From an uncultured Sulfurimonas sp. (GTDB lineage: Bacteria > Campylobacterota > Campylobacteria > Campylobacterales > Sulfurimonadaceae), in contig CAYZUN010000001.1 of assembly GCA_964481625.1 (NCBI GenBank), forward strand, positions 1-58,255: a DNA stretch of 58,255 nt, read 5' to 3'. The translations under genes and the position numbers were made by a program. The notes under the pieces were generated by a model. That model was not told the DNA's origin and ran no database searches. It was given only the letters and a program-made list of their open reading frames with translations. Shown piece after piece: positions 38,431 to 46,580 of this stretch. The stretch's first letter is position 1. Each line of letters opens with the position of its first letter.

Positions 38431-39492
38431 CTATTTTCCCCCATATGTAGATTCCAGCGCAGTAATTAACAGTCTACTCTCCTTATAACCGATAACACAA
38501 TATTTTGGCATCGTCTCATAGAGTATGGGACTGTCAAGATCAATCAATTTTATGACATCCTGATTTGCCATTGCCAGATGCATTGCCGCTTCGATTGACG
38601 TTGTTCCTTCGAGCATAGAACCGAGCATACACGAAATATTGTGGTGACGACACAGCTCAATAATCTCTAAAGCCTTGCTAATTCCTCCGCATTTCATCAG
38701 TTTGATGTTAATAATATCGGCAGCCTTACGGTTAATAATTTCTCTGGCATCATCAATACTAAAGACGGCTTCATCAGCAATAATGGGAATGTGTGAGTAT
38801 TGTGTTATTGCTTGGAGTGAATCAATATCATTGGCAATAACGGGCTGCTCGATTGCAACAATCTCTATATCTTTTAATGCGTTGATAATGCTCACACTTT
38901 TCTCATAGCTCCATGCTTGATTGGCATCAATAATAAGCTTGGCATCAGGTATCGCTTGTTTTACATGTAAAATTCTTTGCAAATCATTACCATCATTAGA
39001 ACCCACTTTTATTTTTAGTAGAGTAAAACCATTGCCATAAGCCTCTACAGCATCCTTTACCATCATTTCCACAGCATTGAGACTGATGGTGATGTAGGTA
39101 GATATTGGAGTGTAATTGCCGCCAAGAAAACTAAAAAGCGGTTGATGCGATTCTTGAGCAAAGAGGTTATAAACTGCCATATCAACAGCAGCTTTTGCAC
39201 TGCTGTTTTTACTACAGCTATTGTGAATTACATGTAAAAGTTCTGTGATATGAGAGAAATTAGTATGTAGAATTTTTGGTGCAATAATAGTTTCTATGGT
39301 ATGAATAATGGATTCACTGCTTTCACCGGTAATAGCTACCGTAGGCGGTGCCTCACCAAATCCTGTTATACCGCTTTGGGTTGTAAGTGTCACTAAAATA
39401 CTCTGGACACAATCAACACGACGCAGTGCGGTAATAAAGGGTTTTTTGAGTGGAATCGCTTTAAGCTCCGTTGTTATAGAGGTAATTGTCAT
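38431..39492 (-). CDS. Dipeptide epimerase (L-Ala-D/L-Glu epimerase type, enolase superfamily)
   Basis: 353 aa. KIKVG, IIDANQAW, IEQP, IIADE and IKLMKCGG motifs of the MR/MLE subgroup. Confidence 0.75.
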   Translation of the reverse strand: MTITSITTELKAIPLKKPFITALRRVDCVQSILVTLTTQSGITGFGEAPPTVAITGESSESIIHTIETIIAPKILHTNFSHITELLHVIHNSCSKNSSAKAAVDMAVYNLFAQESHQPLFSFLGGNYTPISTYITISLNAVEMMVKDAVEAYGNGFTLLKIKVGSNDGNDLQRILHVKQAIPDAKLIIDANQAWSYEKSVSIINALKDIEIVAIEQPVIANDIDSLQAITQYSHIPIIADEAVFSIDDAREIINRKAADIINIKLMKCGGISKALEIIELCRHHNISCMLGSMLEGTTSIEAAMHLAMANQDVIKLIDLDSPILYETMPKYCVIGYKESRLLITALESTYGGK

Positions 39493-40646
39493 GAGGCGAT
39501 ACTTTGTAAAATATGAGCCACACCAAGCCCGGCAAAAGTACCGATTAAGTAGCCCATAATTGCCATAAGTACAGCAATTCCAATAAGAGAACGGTGATAA
39601 CTTGCAGCTAAAATGGGAGCAGAGGCCACACCGCCGATATTTGCTAACGATGCCACAGCAATGCTAAAAAGATCAAGCTTGAAAATCTTTGCAGCCATCA
39701 CCATGATGAGCGCATGAATCGCTAAAATTGTAACCCCGGCAAGCAGATAAACAGGAACACTGCCCATCCCCTCAAAACTCGCGCGAGAACCGATAAGTGC
39801 TACTAATAAGTAGAGCATGGTTGAGGCGATATTACTGCTGCCGTTTATGCGTTTTAGCGGGGTAAATGAGGCTATTACACCAAAGAGTGTGGCTAAAAGC
39901 ACCATCCATGTCGTACTGCTTAATCCACTGAGTTGTGCTGAAAGCATTTGTGTTATGAGGGCAACGGCTAAGGCTAAAAGCAGTAGTATCCAATACCGAG
40001 GTGCTCCCATTTCACAAGCACAGCCAATATCATTTACATGTAAATCAGATGCTTTAGCTTTTACAAAGGTATTAAACCGTGAAGAGTAGGGCACAAGAGC
40101 GAGTAAGAACATCACCCACAGGGCGTAATCTACCGAATCAACCACTAAAGCATAACCCATCATATTCTCACTCACTTCAAGTGCCGAAGCAATGGCAAGC
40201 ATATTGGCTGTTCCTCCCATCCAACTGCCGCATAGGGCTGAAAAGAGTCCTGCTTCATCACTGTTAAAATTAAAAAGTGTAAAGACTACAATAAAAGCAA
40301 ACGCAATGGAAAGTGTCGCACTTACATAGGCAATAAGTAAGGTACGTCCAAGCCCTGCAAATGCTTTAAAATCAAGTTGTGAGAGCATTAAGAAAAGCAT
40401 GGCGGGAAGGAGGTTGTTTTTTGCTGTTTTATAGACACTGCTGATGACTTCATTTTGTTCCCAGAGACCTAGTGAAGCAAGGAGCATTGAGACGGCATAA
40501 ATTAAAACTACAGCAGGAATAGTTTTAAAAATTTTTGAGAGATTTTTATGCTCGCTAATACCAAAAACGGCGGCAATGAGTGCAATACTAATGAGATAAA
40601 AAAGAGCTGTTTGAATCATGTGCAATTGTATCATAAGCAAAACCAT
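39489..40646 (-). CDS. Polytopic membrane protein, DUF819-like putative transporter
   Basis: 385 aa, about 10-12 TM segments. Overlaps the epimerase gene by 4 nt (operon). The family assignment comes from the general sequence pattern only. Confidence 0.5.
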   Translation of the reverse strand: MVLLMIQLHMIQTALFYLISIALIAAVFGISEHKNLSKIFKTIPAVVLIYAVSMLLASLGLWEQNEVISSVYKTAKNNLLPAMLFLMLSQLDFKAFAGLGRTLLIAYVSATLSIAFAFIVVFTLFNFNSDEAGLFSALCGSWMGGTANMLAIASALEVSENMMGYALVVDSVDYALWVMFLLALVPYSSRFNTFVKAKASDLHVNDIGCACEMGAPRYWILLLLALAVALITQMLSAQLSGLSSTTWMVLLATLFGVIASFTPLKRINGSSNIASTMLYLLVALIGSRASFEGMGSVPVYLLAGVTILAIHALIMVMAAKIFKLDLFSIAVASLANIGGVASAPILAASYHRSLIGIAVLMAIMGYLIGTFAGLGVAHILQSIAS

Positions 40647-40661
40647 GGCACAATTATTATT

Positions 40662-40961
40662 ATGTATTACGATTTTGAATATTGGGTACTTTTTATCACT
40701 TTCTTTTTAATTTTGACGTATCTGGTGCTGGGCTTCATTATTGCATTTGAGGTGACACTAGCCATGAGCGATTCACCTGTAGCTATGGAGTGGATTAAAA
40801 AACATTGTAGCTATAAAGAACTTTATGCGGAGGTAATTATCTTTTACCCGATGATACTGTTAGCTTACTTTTTTCTTGAGGTGGTACCGTACTATGTTTT
40901 TGGTGTGAGTAAAGTGGAATTCGATATTCAAGATCTATTTAACAGACTTTATCAAAATTAA
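40662..40961 (+). CDS. Small hypothetical membrane protein (99 aa)
   Basis: An internal ATG of ORF 40548..40961 that avoids overlap with the divergent gene. Two predicted TM helices. No recognisable motif. Confidence 0.35.
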   Translation: MYYDFEYWVLFITFFLILTYLVLGFIIAFEVTLAMSDSPVAMEWIKKHCSYKELYAEVIIFYPMILLAYFFLEVVPYYVFGVSKVEFDIQDLFNRLYQN

Positions 40962-40977
40962 CACAAAGACTATTTTT

Positions 40978-41718
40978 ATGCCAAAATATATAATTTTAGA
41001 TACCGAAACAACGGGCACAGGTGAGACAGACAGAATTATTCAGTTAGGTTATCTGGTTTTAGACAATAGAGATATTAGTGTCTACAATGAGTTTTGCTAC
41101 AGTGATGTGCCCATTTCTTATGGTGCCATGGAAGTGCATGGTATTACACCCGAGATGATTGAAGGCAAGCCCTCATGCAGTGAAACTATGGCGTATCAAA
41201 CCCTAAATGAACTCAACACAGATGAGAACTATATGATTATTCATAATGCTCCGTTTGATCTGACAATGTTACAAAAAGAGGGTTTTACATGTAAAATGAA
41301 ACTCATTGATACCTTGCGCGTTGCCAAACATATTTTTGAAGATGAAGAGGCACATCGACTACAATATTTTCGCTATAAAATGGGCATTTACAAAAAAGAG
41401 CAAGCCGAGGCAGAAGCGTTGGGCATTGTAGTCAAAGCTCATGATGCCATTGGTGATGTTTTGGTATTAAAACTTTTCTTAAGTGAACTTCGTAAAGCGG
41501 TTCAAGAGAAATTTGCCAATGTTAATCCCGTAGAGATGATGATAGAACTTTCACAAAAACCCATTCTCATAAAAAAGTTTCGTTTTGGAAAACATCGCGG
41601 TAAAATGGTTGCCGATGTGGCAGTTGAAGATGCAGGTTACTTAAAATGGATGCTAGCAAACATGGAGAATTTAGACGAGGATATGCGCTATACCATCAAC
41701 TACTATTTAAACCCTTAA
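40978..41718 (+). CDS. DEDDh 3'-5' exonuclease (DnaQ/ExoX-like) with C-terminal DUF3820-like domain
   Basis: 246 aa. Exo I ILDTETTG, Exo II HNAPFDL, Exo III HDAIGDV. The C-terminus FRFGKHRGKMVADV...GYLKWM resembles DUF3820. Confidence 0.8.
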   Translation: MPKYIILDTETTGTGETDRIIQLGYLVLDNRDISVYNEFCYSDVPISYGAMEVHGITPEMIEGKPSCSETMAYQTLNELNTDENYMIIHNAPFDLTMLQKEGFTCKMKLIDTLRVAKHIFEDEEAHRLQYFRYKMGIYKKEQAEAEALGIVVKAHDAIGDVLVLKLFLSELRKAVQEKFANVNPVEMMIELSQKPILIKKFRFGKHRGKMVADVAVEDAGYLKWMLANMENLDEDMRYTINYYLNP

Positions 41719-41978
41719 AAGGTTGTTTTGGTTGATGTGACTATTTCAGAAAGGCGGTATGCAGCATCTCGATGACGACTTCGTGCGGCTTTTTTCCATA
41801 ACTGCTGTGCTTGGGTTATGTCCTTAATAACACCATTACCCTCAAAATACATTAAACCTAAATAGTACTGTGCTTCTGCATTACGCTCATAAGTAGCTAA
41901 TGGGTAAAAAAACTCATACGCTTCTTTATACTTTTTCTTCTGATAAAGTGCTATGGCATCATCAAGTTTTGGTTGCAC
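41715..41978 (-). CDS. Sel1-like repeat protein
   Basis: 87 aa. AEAQYYLGLMYFEGNGVIKDITQAQQLWKKAA is a canonical SEL1 repeat. Confidence 0.65.
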   Translation of the reverse strand: MQPKLDDAIALYQKKKYKEAYEFFYPLATYERNAEAQYYLGLMYFEGNGVIKDITQAQQLWKKAARSRHRDAAYRLSEIVTSTKTTF

Positions 41979-42008
41979 ATCACCCCTTTTTTGGTTATAG
42001 TCATAGTT

Positions 42009-43385
42009 ATGAAAAAATATTTTCCACTAACGTATCATCTTGATTTAATAAAACTGTTTATTTCATTAAACGGTAAGTCAGCATTTGCATCGTTACTTTC
42101 AGCATTTTTTATAATGGTTGTATTTTACAACCATCTACCTATAAATATTCTTTCAAGTTGGTTTGCTTTAAGTCTCATTTATCTTTTTTTAAAAATAACT
42201 GTTGTCAATAGACTTCATGCCAATATTGACAGTCAGCAAAAAAGAGAATATTTTATTAGATTGCTTGTGGGTGTTACACTTTTTAGCGGCTTACTATGGG
42301 GTTCACTAAGTTGGATAGTAGTGCTGTATGCAGAGACACATTACAGTTTTCTGATCTTAGGAATCTTGTTTGGTCTAATGGCAGGTGCTATTTCAACACT
42401 GAGTCCACTTTTTATTGTTTATGTAGCATTCAGTAGTCCAATGATTGTGATGCTTTTTACATCATTTTTATATACATCAGAAGAGATGTATATTTATATT
42501 GCCATAATGCTATTACTGTTTACCTACATTATTATGTCGGCTTCATATCAAATGTACAGGTCATTAGAGCGTGCTGTTATTTTAAAAGATATGGTTGAGA
42601 CATCACAAAAAGAGCTTGAAGAGATTAATTTATCATTAGAGAGTCGTATTGAAAAGGCGGTACAAAAAAGTCGTGATCAAGAGTTAAGAATATTGCAGCA
42701 GTCACGTTTAGCGCAGATGGGAGAGATGATTAGCATGATTGCCCATCAATGGCGTCAACCGCTTTCGGCGATCTCTTCAACTGCAGCATCACTTAACTTG
42801 AAAGTTGGTCTAAATAAATATGATAAAAAATACTTCTATGATAATATTAATAAAATAGCCCAATTTTCACAACATCTCTCTGACACTATTGATGATTTTA
42901 GACACTTTTTTAAGAGTAATAAAAACCAAGAAGAGTTCTTTATGTGTGATGTGGCTAAAGGATCGCTTACAATCATTGGCACCTCTTTGGAAAATAAAAA
43001 TATAGAAGTGATTACGGATTATGCAAGCCAAAAAAGTGTTTATAGCTACTTTAATGAACTCAAACAGGTCTGTCTGAATCTCATTAAAAATGCTGAAGAT
43101 ATTCTTTTATCCAAAGGGGCGGGGAATCCAACAATTTGGATACGAACCTACAATGATAATGATAATGTTTATTTAGAAATTGCAGATAATGCCGGAGGTA
43201 TTGATAAAATCATTATTGATAGAATTTTTGATCCTTACTTTACGACAAAAGAGCAGTATGACGGTACAGGTTTAGGTCTGTATATGAGCAAGACGATTGT
43301 TGAAGAGCACTGTGGGGGTAGTTTAAATATTACTAACGATAAATCGGGCGCTGTCTTTACCGTTTCTCTTCCCCTTTCTGTTTAA
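42009..43385 (+). CDS. Membrane-bound sensor histidine kinase (orphan, no adjacent response regulator)
   Basis: About 6 N-terminal TM helices. H-box IAHQWRQPL. HATPase_c with NLIKNAED, DNAGGI and GTGLGLYMS. I prefer the start at 42009 (MKKYFPL), which avoids overlap with the Sel1 gene. Confidence 0.8.
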   Translation: MKKYFPLTYHLDLIKLFISLNGKSAFASLLSAFFIMVVFYNHLPINILSSWFALSLIYLFLKITVVNRLHANIDSQQKREYFIRLLVGVTLFSGLLWGSLSWIVVLYAETHYSFLILGILFGLMAGAISTLSPLFIVYVAFSSPMIVMLFTSFLYTSEEMYIYIAIMLLLFTYIIMSASYQMYRSLERAVILKDMVETSQKELEEINLSLESRIEKAVQKSRDQELRILQQSRLAQMGEMISMIAHQWRQPLSAISSTAASLNLKVGLNKYDKKYFYDNINKIAQFSQHLSDTIDDFRHFFKSNKNQEEFFMCDVAKGSLTIIGTSLENKNIEVITDYASQKSVYSYFNELKQVCLNLIKNAEDILLSKGAGNPTIWIRTYNDNDNVYLEIADNAGGIDKIIIDRIFDPYFTTKEQYDGTGLGLYMSKTIVEEHCGGSLNITNDKSGAVFTVSLPLSV

Positions 43386-44217
43386 ATAGAGCGTTAACCT
43401 GTTGGTGAAAATGCAGCGGATCCACCTGGGTACCGTTTAACATAATAGCATAGTGCAGATGGGGTCCAGTTACACGTCCTGTCATACCGCTAAGTCCTAG
43501 AATATCGCCTTGTTTTACCTTATCGCCCACTTTTACATGTAATTTACTTAAGTGGTAATAACATGAGTAAATTCCCTCTCCATGATCAATGACAACAGAG
43601 TTTCCTGCATAGTAGCGATCTTTTGCAATAGCAACGACACCATCATTGGTAGCATGAAGCGGCGTACCGATTGCCGCTCTATAATCCGTACCGCTATGAT
43701 AGCTTCTTAAGCTGTTGTTGTACATTCGAGCCGTTCCAAATTGACTGGTAATATGCGAGTCCATAGGGTCTATAAAAGGCTGTCGCCAATAGCGTTTTTT
43801 TGTAAAGGTACCATAAGCTCTCATCGCTTCTTTGTATTCACGCGCAGTACGTTCTTTTTGCTTTTTATTGGGTGTGACTTTAGAAGATGCTACAGTAATA
43901 GTTTCGGATTTATAAGTGCCGTTAGTGACATTAATATTAACAGTTTTGTTACCATCGCTATAGGCAATTTTCAGCTCTTTAGCTCCAAGGCTTGAGCGAT
44001 AGTTAACCGGAATAAAAGCAACACTTTTTAAACTGTCGGTCGGGTGTTTTAAAAGAGGAATGTTTTTTTTACCATACTTAAGTGTCGCGTCACTGGGAAT
44101 TTTTAAAAAGGTTATTACTTTAGTGGTGCCTTTAATGACATCATCACCAAACAGTGAGAGTGAAAGTAGTGTTATGAGTGCAATAAAAAATTTCAATAGA
44201 TTCCTTTTTTGGTACAA
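43357..44217 (-). CDS. M23-family (LytM-type) metallopeptidase
   Basis: 286 aa. Signal peptide, HSGTDY and GPHLHY zinc-ligand motifs. Confidence 0.88.
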   Translation of the reverse strand: MYQKRNLLKFFIALITLLSLSLFGDDVIKGTTKVITFLKIPSDATLKYGKKNIPLLKHPTDSLKSVAFIPVNYRSSLGAKELKIAYSDGNKTVNINVTNGTYKSETITVASSKVTPNKKQKERTAREYKEAMRAYGTFTKKRYWRQPFIDPMDSHITSQFGTARMYNNSLRSYHSGTDYRAAIGTPLHATNDGVVAIAKDRYYAGNSVVIDHGEGIYSCYYHLSKLHVKVGDKVKQGDILGLSGMTGRVTGPHLHYAIMLNGTQVDPLHFHQQVNALFKQKGEEKR

Positions 44218-44225
44218 TTGCTATA

Positions 44226-45482
44226 ATGGATAAATTAAAAGATATTGTAGCCAAACTTGAAGCAAATCAAAACGTTTTTCTAACCGGTGGTGCAGGAGTG
44301 GGAAAAACAACTTTGACCCGTCAGGCTATTGCACATTTTGAAGCAGAGGGTAAAAAAGTTGCCCGGCTTGCTTCAACGGGAATGGCGGCAACACTTTTAG
44401 ACGGTCAGACCCTGCATAGTTTTTTAGATCTGGGCATTGCTAATAATATTGCTGATTTAGAGTTGCGTAAAAAGCTTCAGATCAAAAAGAAGATTAAAAA
44501 ACTGATTGCTTCCATGAATCTTATTGTGATTGATGAAATTTCCATGGTCAGTGCAGAACTTTTTGAGATGGTTCGGTTGCGACTGCTCCAAGCTGAGTTT
44601 CAGGGCGTACTGTTAGTTGTGGGTGATTTCTTACAACTGCCTCCTGTGGTGAGAGGCTATGGCAGTGTTAATTTTGCATTTGAATCGGATTCATGGCAGC
44701 GGTGTGATTTTGAAACAATAACACTGAGTACCGTCTATCGTACGAGTGATGAAGATTTTATTACTCTGTTAGATGCGGTGCGTTTTGCTCGTATTACAGA
44801 GCAAGATGAACTCTTTTTAAATTCACTTGTTAAGATGTTGCCTCATGATCTTTCAACCGTAACCTTCCTCTTTGGTAAGAATAACAGCGCCTTAGCTCAT
44901 AACAGAAGACTTTTAGAGACACTTGAAGGAGATTTACATGTATTTAAGACTGAAACGATGTTACATGTAAAAACAGTAACGCCCAAAGAGGTAAAGCGTT
45001 ATTTAGAAGATGCACGTGTTCCAGAAGTTTTAGAGCTAAAAATTGGAGTTCCTATTCTCTTTACCAGAAATGCATGGAACTACTTTAATGGTGAACGCGG
45101 ACGGGTTATTAACATTAAAGAGCATATTGTCTATGTTGAGAAAGATGATGGTCAAATTGTTAAACTTGAAAGAGCATCAATGAGCAAAAGCCGATGGGAA
45201 GAGAAGTTAGTTGAGGGTAAAAAAGAGATGATAGAAGTATCGCTTATTACACTCTACCAATACCCCATTGCATTAGCATTTGCCATTACCATTCATAAGT
45301 CTCAAGGAATGAGTTTGAATGATTTAGTTATTGAGAGCAATGAAATTTTTGCACCTTCACAGTTTTATGTAGCAATTTCACGAGCAATTTCACCGCACAG
45401 ACTTACCCTGATAGCACCAAATCGTTCATGGCAACAGTTAAACTTTGTCAATAAAAAAGCAGTTGATTTTGTAAAGAAATAG
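44226..45482 (+). CDS. SF1 helicase of the PIF1/RecD-like family
   Basis: 418 aa. Walker A GGAGVGKTT, motif II VIDEISMV, GDFLQLPPV, and C-terminal AITIHKSQGMS. Confidence 0.8.
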   Translation: MDKLKDIVAKLEANQNVFLTGGAGVGKTTLTRQAIAHFEAEGKKVARLASTGMAATLLDGQTLHSFLDLGIANNIADLELRKKLQIKKKIKKLIASMNLIVIDEISMVSAELFEMVRLRLLQAEFQGVLLVVGDFLQLPPVVRGYGSVNFAFESDSWQRCDFETITLSTVYRTSDEDFITLLDAVRFARITEQDELFLNSLVKMLPHDLSTVTFLFGKNNSALAHNRRLLETLEGDLHVFKTETMLHVKTVTPKEVKRYLEDARVPEVLELKIGVPILFTRNAWNYFNGERGRVINIKEHIVYVEKDDGQIVKLERASMSKSRWEEKLVEGKKEMIEVSLITLYQYPIALAFAITIHKSQGMSLNDLVIESNEIFAPSQFYVAISRAISPHRLTLIAPNRSWQQLNFVNKKAVDFVKK

Positions 45483-45652
45483 TAAATTTAAATTTAGTTT
45501 TGGAAAGTTTGTGAAGTTTTAGTTAAGTGCGGTTCACTGCACGTGGGCTTTACGCCGAGTATTTATGTTCTATGCCATTTCAAAGCATAGAATAAAACTC
45601 AGCGTTAGCGTAGTCAAATGGGCTTTTGCTCATTTGGTGTAATAATGAATTT

Positions 45653-46249
45653 TTATAAATCTTTTTCGTGATCAGCAAGATACTCTGCAACACCTTCAGT
45701 TGATGCTTTCATACCTTCGTCACCTTTTACCCAACCAGCAGGACATACATCACCGTGTTCATTAGTAAATAGCATTGTATCAACCATACGAATCATTTCA
45801 TCAATGTTACGTCCAAGTGGAAGGTCATTGATTACCGCGTGACGTACTGTACCGTCTTTGTCAATCAAAAATGATCCACGAAGCGCAACACTTTCGCCAA
45901 ATAGTACATCATAATCTTTAGAGATGCTTTTTGATAAGTCAGCAACAAGAGGATACTTAACTCTACCAATACCACCGTTATTTACAGGAGTTTCTCTCCA
46001 TGCAAAGTGAGAAAACTGTGAATCTACAGAACAACCGATAACATTAATGCCACGACTCTGGAACTCTTCAATTCTGTGAGAGAATGCAATAATTTCTGAT
46101 GGACATACGAATGTGAAGTCAAGTGGGTAAAAGAACAGAACGGTTCCATTTTCACCAAAATTTTCATAAAGATTAAAATCTTCTACGATTGAGCCATCGG
46201 CTAAAACTGTGGTTGCTGTAAAGTCAGGTGCTTTGTTTGTTACTAACAT
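45653..46249 (-). CDS. ahpC: Alkyl hydroperoxide reductase C / typical 2-Cys peroxiredoxin
   Basis: 198 aa. FFYPLDFTFVCPSE (peroxidatic Cys) and GDVCPAGW (resolving Cys). Confidence 0.93.
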   Translation of the reverse strand: MLVTNKAPDFTATTVLADGSIVEDFNLYENFGENGTVLFFYPLDFTFVCPSEIIAFSHRIEEFQSRGINVIGCSVDSQFSHFAWRETPVNNGGIGRVKYPLVADLSKSISKDYDVLFGESVALRGSFLIDKDGTVRHAVINDLPLGRNIDEMIRMVDTMLFTNEHGDVCPAGWVKGDEGMKASTEGVAEYLADHEKDL

Positions 46250-46398
46250 TTAGTATCCTTGGATAAATTTTATTTCGAAATTATATCTTAATAAAAATAA
46301 ATATCTGGAATCAACAGAGAGAGTAGGGAGATTTTTTAAATTTTTTTAAAGTATTTTTGACAACAAAATGACACTATACTGACAATTGTTACAAAAGT

Positions 46399-46423
46399 GT
46401 TAAGTTTCTTAGAGAAACTTAAC
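46399..46423. promoter_or_regulatory. Perfect inverted repeat GTTAAGTTTCT-TAG-AGAAACTTAAC in the ahpC/nosZ intergenic region
   Basis: 11-bp arms are exact reverse complements. The right arm overlaps the left half-site of the Crp/Fnr-like box. Confidence 0.5.
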
Positions 46424-46432
46424 GTAAATCAA
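46419..46432 (+). promoter_or_regulatory. Crp/Fnr-family (NssR-type) binding site candidate TTAAC-GTAA-ATCAA, centred at -41.5 from a predicted nosZ promoter
   Basis: The left half equals my recalled C. jejuni NssR half-site TTAAC. The right half equals the Fnr half-site ATCAA. The -10 candidate TACAAT at 46455-46460 puts the TSS near 46467, so the box centre (46425.5) is at -41.5. Confidence 0.45.
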
Positions 46433-46580
46433 ATAGTTTTCAGGTTTAAAGAGTTACAATATTCTATGCTTGATAACTATAATAAGTATAAGTTATTATA
46501 TTGTCGCATTGAGTCGAGTCATTTTGAGTGAGGGGGTTTACTTGAAATCGGCTCCAAGTTTTAATTTAGGAGAAGAGAAA

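Noticed and set aside
43357-43385. 29-nt convergent overlap of the histidine kinase and M23 peptidase 3' ends as a regulatory antisense arrangement
   Set aside because: Short convergent overlaps are common in compact genomes, and nothing in the sequence suggests a special function.
45483-45652. Small RNA or terminator in the helicase/ahpC convergent gap (hairpins GTTCTATGC-N9-GCATAGAA and CAAATGGGC-TTTT-GCTCATTTG)
   Set aside because: The hairpins are real but imperfect and none is followed by a U-tract. They are probably generic 3'-end structures for the two convergent genes. There is not enough evidence for a specific feature call.
46470-46580. N-terminal extensions given by longest-ORF starts: nosZ 46470, modA 34436, modC 36253, kinase 41973, ORF 40548
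   Set aside because: The extensions lack RBSs, overlap neighbouring genes or operator sites, and precede obvious signal peptides or native N-termini. Internal ATGs at 46581, 34466, 36301, 42009 and 40662 are preferred.
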